Shown here one piece after another: positions 1-5,775 of a DNA stretch of 5,775 nucleotides (position 1 is the stretch's first letter; every line of letters starts with the position of its first letter). The notes beneath the pieces are model-generated. The model saw only the letters and a program-made list of their open reading frames with translations, was not told where the DNA came from and did no database searches. The position numbers were made by a program, and so were the translations under genes. Source of the stretch: Paraspadella gotoi (lineage: Eukaryota; Animalia; Chaetognatha); assembly GCA_051294375.1 (NCBI GenBank), contig CM119271.1, positions 12,447,711 through 12,453,485 of the forward strand, given 5' to 3'.

Positions 1-166
1 AAAAAGAGAGAGATCGATATTTAAGGAAAATGCTACTATTATCATATAAGAGATAAAAGCAAAGGAGCCTTCATCCTAAAGATTTCGTTGTTTGTTTTCC
101 TTCACGGTTTTCGTCCCTTCATCTCTTTCTCTTCCTCTTCCTCTTCCTATTCAGTATTGGAGGGAG

Positions 167-191
167 NNNNNNNNNNNNNNNNNNNNNNNNN
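167..191. other. Assembly gap (25 N)
   Basis: N run. Confidence 0.99.
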
Positions 192-269
192 TCGATTCCA
201 GGGCTAAAAAGTCCTTAAGCTCAACTTCGCTGACGCAACAATTTCGTCTTGACGAGGGTGATGGAACCG

Positions 270-565
270 GCCCTTCCTCTAAAGAAAGCGGCACAAAACA
301 CGCCCCCTCTAAGAAAGAGCAAGTCTCCTGCTAAGAACGCGGAGCAGACCACACCGTCCTTCTTAAGAATGAGCAAAGCCTCCTCTAAGAAGCGCGACAA
401 CGGACACCTCCTCTAAGAAAGAACAGTCCACTACACAGAAGCGGACATTACGGCCTGCATATCTAGAAGTGCACGTCACAATACAAAAGAGCGGAGCCCC
501 CTCCAACGAAGCGGACCGCCCCTCCAAGAAGCCGGGCCGCTAGACTCCTTCTGGAGAAACCGGCT
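270..565. repeat. Inverted, degraded copy of the 20/25-nt minisatellite (cctctaagaag core)
   Basis: Repeated cctctaagaa/cctccaagaa motifs with gcgga/gagcaa linkers, in the same order as the reverse complement of 2116-2380. Confidence 0.88.
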
Positions 566-612
566 CTGAAACCTTCTTCGGGCAGGCGAAATGGAAGCCC
601 CGAGGCTTTTTA

Positions 613-800
613 TCTCTTCTCTTTCGTTCTTTCTGTTTTCTTTCTTTTCTTTCTTTTCTATTCTTTCTCTTTTCTTTTCTTTTCTTTTCTTCTTTTTTCT
701 TTTCTTTTCAAAACTCCTCTCTCTCTACTCTCCTCTCTTCGCTCTCGCTCTTCTGTCTCCGTCGCCTCCTCCGCTCCCGCCCGCTCTCTCTCTCATCTAT
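613..800. repeat. (CTTTT)n-like and (CT)n-like pyrimidine tract; inverted partner of 1931-2075
   Basis: Nearly pure C/T run at the position equivalent to the GA/GAAAA tract of the right arm. Confidence 0.8.
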
Positions 801-1257
801 TTTCCCATTGGATTTTCTCAACGAAAAATCACGTCGGCCGAACAAAAAAAATTTAAGCATATGGTTGTTTATGGTTAGGTTCGGGGTTTGAGTGCTAAAA
901 GATGTGCACAACGCATGTGGCCCAAGGTTCAGTAGCTTTAACAATTACAGTCTTAGATTATATTAAGGTTTAAAACAAAGGGTCTTGGAACGGAGCCCAA
1001 CGACTAAACAGCTGGCGAAGCGCGGATACGACCCCGACCGGACCCGAGATAAAAAATTTGCCGTCACAGAGAGCGCCGTCGACACGCATACTGCTACGCA
1101 ATATAAAATTTAACGGTTGGAAAAGCGAAACCCAAAGAAGTACACGAAAAAGGAAAACGGTGAAACAAATTGTTGAAAAGGAAAAAAAAGAGAGAAGGAG
1201 AAAAAAAGAGAGAGGCAGAAAGGGGGGACGGGGAAAAGACAGGCCGAGAAGAGAGAG

Positions 1258-1260
<3 letters not shown>

Positions 1261-1305
<45 letters not shown>
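1261..1305. repeat. (GA)n microsatellite
   Basis: Perfect GA run of ~22 units with degenerate GA flanks. Confidence 0.97.
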
Positions 1306-1306
<1 letters not shown>

Positions 1307-1930
1307 AGAGAGGCCTACAATAGGACGCAGGCTTGCCGGATTCATTTAACCGCCAAACAAAACCAACAACACGACAGACCACTCTCGACCGCCCCGCCTA
1401 ATTCTGCCCGCCCGCCCCCGACCTCCCTCCTTCCTCCCTCTTCTTATCCCCCACTTCTCCCTCACCCGCGCTCCCCCTCTTCCTCCCTGTCCCAATATAC
1501 TGAATCAGGCAAGAGGACAGACCCTCCCACCTTCTCCTCTCTTCTTTTTTTTCTTAATCCTCAAATTCTCCCCATTTCTTTTTTAATTTTCAATTTTTAT
1601 CAATTTTCTTTTCTTATTTTTTGTTTCCCAGACTTTTTACAAACTCGTGATTTAATTGCTAGATGCGTCGACGCGTCTCTGTAGAAAGCAATTTTTTTTC
1701 TCGGTCGGTCGGTCGTTCGATTAGAACTGTTTAGTTTGACTATGGAATTTTGGCTCCATTTTCCAAGAACGTCCAATTAATGTTTTAACTTTAATATTTA
1801 ATCTAAATGTATTGTTAAAGCTACTAACCAATCTTTAACTCAAACCCCGAACCCTAACCATAAACAAAAACCCATATGCTTAATTTTTTTTTCGCGACGT
1901 GACTTTTTCGTGAAAAATCATGGAAAAATA

Positions 1931-2075
1931 GAGAGAGAGAGATGAGAGAGGAGAGAGAGACGGAGAGAGCAGAGAGAGGAGAGAGAGAGAGAGAAGAAGA
2001 AGAGAATGGTAAGAGAGATTTAGTTGAGACAAAGCGAAAGAAAAGAAAAGAAAAGAAAAGAAAAGAGAAGAGATA
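1931..2075. repeat. Imperfect (GA)n followed by (GAAAA)n microsatellite
   Basis: GA-rich at 1931-2005; five GAAAA units at ~2040-2065. Confidence 0.88.
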
Positions 2076-2115
2076 AAGCCTCGGAGCGCTTCATTTCGCT
2101 TCCCGAAAGTTCAGA

Positions 2116-2380
2116 GTCCGTTTCTAGAAGGATCTGCGCCCGCTTCTTGGAGGGGGCGTCCGCTTCTTGGAGGGGGCGTCCGCTTCTTTGATGTGACGTG
2201 CACTTCTAGAATGAGGCGTAATGTCCGCTTCTTGTAGTGGCCGTTCCTTTCTTAGAGGAGGTGTCTTGTCCGCTTCTTAGAGGAGGCTTGCTCTTCTTAG
2301 AGGAGGTGTGTTGTCCGCTTCTTAGAGGAGACTTGCTCTTCTTAGAGGGGGCGTGTTGTCCGCTTCTTAGAGGAGGCGTT
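2116..2380. repeat. Minisatellite with 20- and 25-nt units, core (gtc)cgcttcttagaggagg
   Basis: cttagagg occurs at 2251, 2276, 2296, 2321, 2341 and 2366 (spacings 25, 20, 25, 20, 25). cgcttcttggagggggcgtc is exactly duplicated at 2141 and 2161. Degenerate units at 2181, 2201 and 2226. Confidence 0.92.
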
Positions 2381-2452
2381 CCATCACCCGCTCGTCAAAC
2401 GAATTGTTGCGTCAGCGAAATTGAAGCTTAAGGCTTTTTAGCCCTGAATCGA

Positions 2453-2645
2453 TGTCGTCGTTGTTGTTGTCGTCGTTGTCGTCGTCGGCGTCGTTTTTGT
2501 CGTCGTCATCGTCGTTGTCGTCGCTTTGATTTCCTCGTCGTCGTCGCTGTCGTTGTTATCGTTCTCTTCATCCTCTTTATTGTTGTCATCGCTTTCGTCG
2601 TTTTTGTCGTCGTTTTCGTCGTTGTCGTCGTAATCGTCGTCTTTA
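2453..2645. repeat. Degenerate (GTC/GTT)n trinucleotide tract; GAC/AAC/GAT/GAA triplets on the minus strand
   Basis: Direct reading. The minus-strand ORF 2438-2671 translates it as a D/N/E-rich run followed by a T-rich run. Confidence 0.85.
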
Positions 2646-2727
2646 TCGAAAAGATTTCCTTCTTTAATCAAAACAATTTTTTTTCTTTTTCATTTCTCTG
2701 AAATTCAACCTTTTGTCGAATATGAAT

Positions 2728-2728
2728 A

Positions 2729-2808
<80 letters not shown>

Positions 2809-2810
2809 AA
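2728..2810. repeat. (AAAG)n tetranucleotide microsatellite
   Basis: Perfect 83-nt run, ~20 units. Confidence 0.98.
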
Positions 2811-2887
2811 TATAGGAAATTCTCTACCACTAAAACGAACATAACTCGAAATCAAAACTCGCGATGGCAAAATCAAATTTCTTTCCA

Positions 2888-2890
<3 letters not shown>

Positions 2891-2921
<31 letters not shown>
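2891..2921. repeat. (TC)n microsatellite running into a gap
   Basis: Perfect TC run ending at the N block. Confidence 0.96.
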
Positions 2922-2946
2922 NNNNNNNNNNNNNNNNNNNNNNNNN
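2922..2946. other. Assembly gap (25 N)
   Basis: N run. Confidence 0.99.
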
Positions 2947-3199
2947 CGAGTAGCACACGGAGACGGAGAAGAAGCGAGAGGCAGAGGCGGAATATCCACG
3001 GGAGACCGGAGGTCACGGACGGACGAGAGACCACGAGACTGCCGGAGGGGAGAGAGAGAGAGAGCAGAGAGAGAGAGACGGGTTGATGGATCCTATCAAG
3101 CGGCAATCCCAGATCTCGGATTCCACGGAGGGAAAGGCGACGCGTGCGTGGCTTGGAAAGAGAGAGGAGGTCCAGCCCGAACCTGCTCCGACGGGAGCA

Positions 3200-3375
3200 G
3201 AAGAAGAACAAGGTGAAGAGGAAAAGAAGGAAGGAAAAGCAGAGAGAAGAGAAAAGGAGAAAAGAGGAAAAGAAAAGGGAGGAAGAAAAGAAAGAAAAAG
3301 AAAAGATACAAGAAAAGAAAAGAAACAAGTGAAAAGGCACAAGAAAAAGACAATAAGAAAAAGCAGAAAGAAAAA
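3200..3375. repeat. A/G-rich low-complexity tract, degenerate (GAAAA)n
   Basis: Almost all purines. Source of the K/E/R-rich and F/S/L-rich ORFs in the track. Confidence 0.8.
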
Positions 3376-3499
3376 TTCTTAATAAACCAAATAATTTTCA
3401 GACTTCCAAGATTTGGCACTCTTCATGTCCAACCACGCGGACCGGCCGCCGCCGCCCCTGCCGCCAGCCCCTGCCGCGTCACGCGCTCATACCCGCGTG

Positions 3500-3528
3500 G
3501 CTCACCGCCGCTCACCGCCGCTCACCGC
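3500..3528. repeat. 10-nt tandem repeat (gctcaccgcc)x~3 in a GC/CpG-rich patch (~3430-3585)
   Basis: g ctcaccgccg ctcaccgccg ctcaccgc read directly. gcccctgccgc also occurs twice in ~3454-3477. Confidence 0.85.
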
Positions 3529-3611
3529 ACTGACGAGATTCAATCATCGATTCCGCGTAACTCTGTGAGTCGACGCCATCGCCAACTGAATCTTCACCTT
3601 AACTCACCTTT

Positions 3612-3632
3612 TCTCTCTCTCTCTCTCTCTCT

Positions 3633-3676
<44 letters not shown>

Positions 3677-3955
3677 CTCTCTCTCCTCCTCGTCTACTCT
3701 CCTCTCTTATTCTCTCTCCCCCATCTCTCTCCTCTCTCCCCTCTACTCTGGCGTATTTCTCTCTTTCAATTCTTTCCTTCTATATTCTATCCCATGATTA
3801 GGATTTCTGTTATATACCGCTTCCCCTCCTTCTCCACCTCTCTCTCTCTTCTCTCTCTCTCTCTCCTCTCTCTGCTCTCTCTCCTCTCTTCTCTCTCTCT
3901 CTCCTACTCTCTCTCCTGCTCACCTCTCACTCTCTCTCCTACTTCCCTCCCTCCC
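3612..3955. repeat. Long interrupted (CT)n tract
   Basis: CT runs at 3612-3750 and 3835-3955 with frequent single-base interruptions. Confidence 0.9.
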
Positions 3956-4024
3956 GAGTAAACAACATACAATCAAGTCAGCCTCTGGAAACGAGCAGGA
4001 AATGAAAATCCAGGGTGAGTTGAC

Positions 4025-4025
4025 A

Positions 4026-4061
<36 letters not shown>

Positions 4062-4074
4062 CGAAGAGAGAGAG
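4025..4074. repeat. Imperfect (AG)n microsatellite
   Basis: Direct reading. Confidence 0.93.
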
Positions 4075-4362
4075 CTGACTCGAGGTCAAAAGTTTAAGCT
4101 GATAATATTTTTTTCTCATCTTCTTCGTCTTTTCGAGTCTGAAAAGTCGCGTCCTTAACTCGTATCATCCGGGACTTAAGGTATTTCAATCTCATCCGGG
4201 GCTCAAGTTACATGTCTCTCCTTTTTCTTCATCACGTTAGTTTTTTTTTTAACATTCACATTTTCGTGTTGTTGAGTTTTCGCATACTGACGAAGTTTTT
4301 CTTTTGTGCGATAAACTAGAAAGGGAGACAAAAAGAGAGAGACTGAGAGGGAGTGGTGACCG

Positions 4363-4610
4363 NNNNNNNNNNNNNNNNNNNNNNNNNNNNNNNNNNNNNN
4401 NNNNNNNNNNNNNNNNNNNNNNNNNNNNNNNNNNNNNNNNNNNNNNNNNNNNNNNNNNNNNNNNNNNNNNNNNNNNNNNNNNNNNNNNNNNNNNNNNNNN
4501 NNNNNNNNNNNNNNNNNNNNNNNNNNNNNNNNNNNNNNNNNNNNNNNNNNNNNNNNNNNNNNNNNNNNNNNNNNNNNNNNNNNNNNNNNNNNNNNNNNNN
4601 NNNNNNNNNN
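4363..4610. other. Assembly gap (248 N)
   Basis: N run. Confidence 0.99.
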
Positions 4611-4630
4611 TCCGGTGAAGTAAGGCGTCG

Positions 4631-4637
4631 ATGGAAG
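4631..4637 (+). CDS. Candidate coding part of a first coding exon (ATG GAA G), unknown protein
   Basis: ATG followed by a consensus donor AAG|GTGAGT (GT at 4638-4639). In-frame TGA upstream at 4616-4618. CpG-rich surroundings. Phase 1 matches the exon at 5684. Confidence 0.4.
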
Positions 4638-4707
4638 GTGAGTTCGCCGTGATCGCCGATTGGCTCTCGATTGGTTCCGGATCCGAGTCATTTTAAAACC
4701 GCAGCGT

Positions 4708-4745
4708 TCCTCCTCCTCCTCCTCCTCTTCCTCCTCCTCCTCCTC
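4708..4745. repeat. (TCC)n trinucleotide microsatellite
   Basis: ~12 units with one interruption. Gives the poly-S and poly-E runs in the ORF track. Confidence 0.93.
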
Positions 4746-4850
4746 TTTCTCTCCCCCTCCCTCTTTTCGAACGAGATTAATTTTGGACATTTCAATCATA
4801 GACTCTTTACTCGTTGGCCGTTTCAAAATTGAAGGAAAAGAGGTAGAGAG

Positions 4851-5014
4851 NNNNNNNNNNNNNNNNNNNNNNNNNNNNNNNNNNNNNNNNNNNNNNNNNN
4901 NNNNNNNNNNNNNNNNNNNNNNNNNNNNNNNNNNNNNNNNNNNNNNNNNNNNNNNNNNNNNNNNNNNNNNNNNNNNNNNNNNNNNNNNNNNNNNNNNNNN
5001 NNNNNNNNNNNNNN
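4851..5014. other. Assembly gap (164 N) inside an AG microsatellite
   Basis: N run flanked by AG repeats on both sides. Confidence 0.99.

Positions 5015-5046
<32 letters not shown>
5015..5046. repeat. (AG)n microsatellite emerging from a gap
   Basis: Perfect AG run after the N block. agagag also precedes the gap at 4845-4850. Confidence 0.95.
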
Positions 5047-5049
<3 letters not shown>

Positions 5050-5289
5050 TTGGCACGGGATCAAGTGTTGATCCCGAGAGGAAAAAGTCGCGAAGTTTGG
5101 ATTCAAAACTTCTTTTTTTTCCTCCAAAAAGTTGGTTGGACCGAATATTGAACGAGACTTTGTAATGTGTCTTTTTTTAATAATTAAAGAAAAACAACTT
5201 CGATTAAAATACTAAATTTAAAAATCTGGTCGATTGAAGAGGAATGGATATACTTTCGACTGATTTTCAACTAAAAAATCTATTATTTG

Positions 5290-5686
5290 AATTTTCCTGT
5301 ATTTGTAAAGTCCATTTTCCCGGTTTTTTTATAAATAAGTCGCCCTGTACTATAGGTCTTACACAAATATTTTACTATGAATTCTCCAATTCATGTACTA
5401 TTAACCCCCCCTGTATTTCATCCGCAAGTCGCTTTAGCATTTGACTGCCATTTTATTGTGAAATACCCCTGTAATGAGCCTGTACTTTGTTATATATATT
5501 TATCATTTTCTGAAGGATTTCCCTGTATTTTCATTCAGATCATGTATAATTTTCTTGCAGATTTTCCTGTATATTCCCATAATATTAAACCGTCAACTAT
5601 CCTCTCCATTTTATTGTAAAATCCCCCTGTATTTCGTTATAAATATATCATTTTCCTACGGATTTCCCTGTATTTTCGTTCAGATC
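5290..5686. repeat. AT-rich degenerate tandem repeat with recurring cctgta motif, including an ~80-95 nt direct duplication (5448-5541 / 5606-5686)
   Basis: cctgta at 5296, 5344, 5410, 5468, 5479, 5522, 5566, 5626 and 5667. ccattttattgt at 5448 and 5606. ggatttccctgtattttc(a/g)ttcagatc at 5515 and 5660. Confidence 0.85.
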
Positions 5687-5775
5687 GCGAGTCGGCGGTG
5701 ACTGGGAGAGAGACGTCGGCCAAAGAAGAGGAAGAGAAGTTGGAGAAGGAAGAGGAAGAGATGGGGAAGAAAAAG
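5684..5775 (+). CDS. Candidate coding exon, Glu/Lys-rich, open to the window end ((D)RESAVTGRETSAKEEEEKLEKEEEEMGKKK)
   Basis: Acceptor ttccctgtattttcgttcag| ends at 5683. Abrupt switch from AT/pyrimidine-rich to GC/purine-rich sequence at the junction. 30 stop-free codons in phase 1 with mixed GAA/GAG/AAG usage. No family recognised. Confidence 0.5.

Larger units (their letters stand above)
192..1232. repeat. Left arm of a large imperfect inverted repeat (noisy, insertion-rich copy)
   Basis: 192 tcgattccagggctaaaaagtccttaagctcaacttcgctgacgcaacaatttcg matches the reverse complement from 2452 (tcgattcagggctaaaaagccttaagcttcaatttcgctgacgcaacaattcg). Collinear matches continue through the minisatellite, cgaggcttt(tt)atctcttctc (~601), ttaagcatatgg...tttatggttagg (~853-879), agtagctttaacaat (931) and cgtcgac (~1077). 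Clear to ~1110, loose to ~1232, so the inner boundary is approximate. Confidence 0.93.
1520..2452. repeat. Right arm of the large inverted repeat (cleaner copy)
   Basis: Reverse complement aligns by eye with 192-~1232. Repeat units are regular here and disrupted in the left arm. The inner boundary is approximate: clear from ~1645, loose from ~1520. Confidence 0.93.

Noticed and set aside
1-14. aaaagagagagat matching the end of the PacBio adapter stem
   Set aside because: A 13-nt low-complexity match in a GA-rich genome, truncated by the window edge. Not distinguishable from chance.
92-334. ORF 92-334
   Set aside because: Non-ATG start, crosses an N gap of uncertain true length, and continues into the insertion-rich arm.
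1390-1490. C-rich tract as a G-quadruplex/i-motif or triplex element
   Set aside because: It lies in the least reliable centre of the fold-back, and purine/pyrimidine tracts are ubiquitous in this window, so nothing specific can be claimed.
1661-1678. Near-perfect 18-nt palindrome agatgcgtcgacgcgtct
   Set aside because: Isolated, with no flanking element structure or target-site duplication to give it meaning.
591-1684. ORFs 591-878, 708-944, 1058-1684, 1094-1345 and 1110-1382
   Set aside because: Translations are F/S/L, R/E/K or P/S runs produced by microsatellites. They lie in the noisy arm and centre, and the frames are not preserved in the other arm.
1842-1862. Telomere-like aaaccccgaaccctaacc (and ggttaggttcgggg at ~873-886)
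   Set aside because: Only a single TTAGG(G) unit per arm, not an array.
2116-2380. Regularly spaced cttcttagaggagg motifs as a CRISPR-like array
   Set aside because: The period is only 20-25 nt, the linkers are themselves repeated rather than unique spacers, there are no cas genes, and the context is eukaryotic.
2664-3801. Overlapping ORFs on both strands (SFFL repeats, K/E/R-rich, S/L-rich)
   Set aside because: Stop-free only because of AAAG, GA and CT tracts or N read-through. No recognisable domain.
4203-5127. ORFs spanning the 248-N and 164-N gaps
   Set aside because: Their length comes from N read-through plus TCC and AG repeats.
5244-5701. ORFs 5244-5444, 5377-5619 and 5474-5701
   Set aside because: Short overlapping frames over an AT-rich degenerate repeat, with I/F/Y-biased composition and no motif. 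More consistent with intron sequence.

Overview
Low-complexity, microsatellite-dense eukaryotic DNA from a gapped draft assembly. The GA/CT, AAAG, GAAAA, TCC and GAC repeats are typical of animal genomes such as decapod crustaceans, but the taxon cannot be fixed from the sequence. There are four N gaps (25, 25, 248 and 164 nt). The dominant structure is a ~2.26 kb imperfect inverted repeat: 192-~1230 is the reverse complement of ~1520-2452. The left arm is full of single-base insertions, starts right at a 25-N gap and folds back around a CAA-rich centre, so it is most likely a long-read fold-back (missed adapter) artefact rather than biology. The cleaner right arm holds a 20/25-nt (45-nt higher-order) minisatellite next to an Asp/Asn-codon-like trinucleotide tract. 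The best real-gene signal is absent from the ORF track: ATG GAA G|GTGAGT at 4631-4643 splices in frame to an acceptor at 5683, giving MEDRESAVTGRETSAKEEEEKLEKEEEEMGKKK..., open to the window end. No prokaryotic genes, RNA genes, CRISPR arrays or recognisable transposon proteins were found. Most listed ORFs are microsatellite or N-run read-through. I cannot support a claim of a new biological system here.
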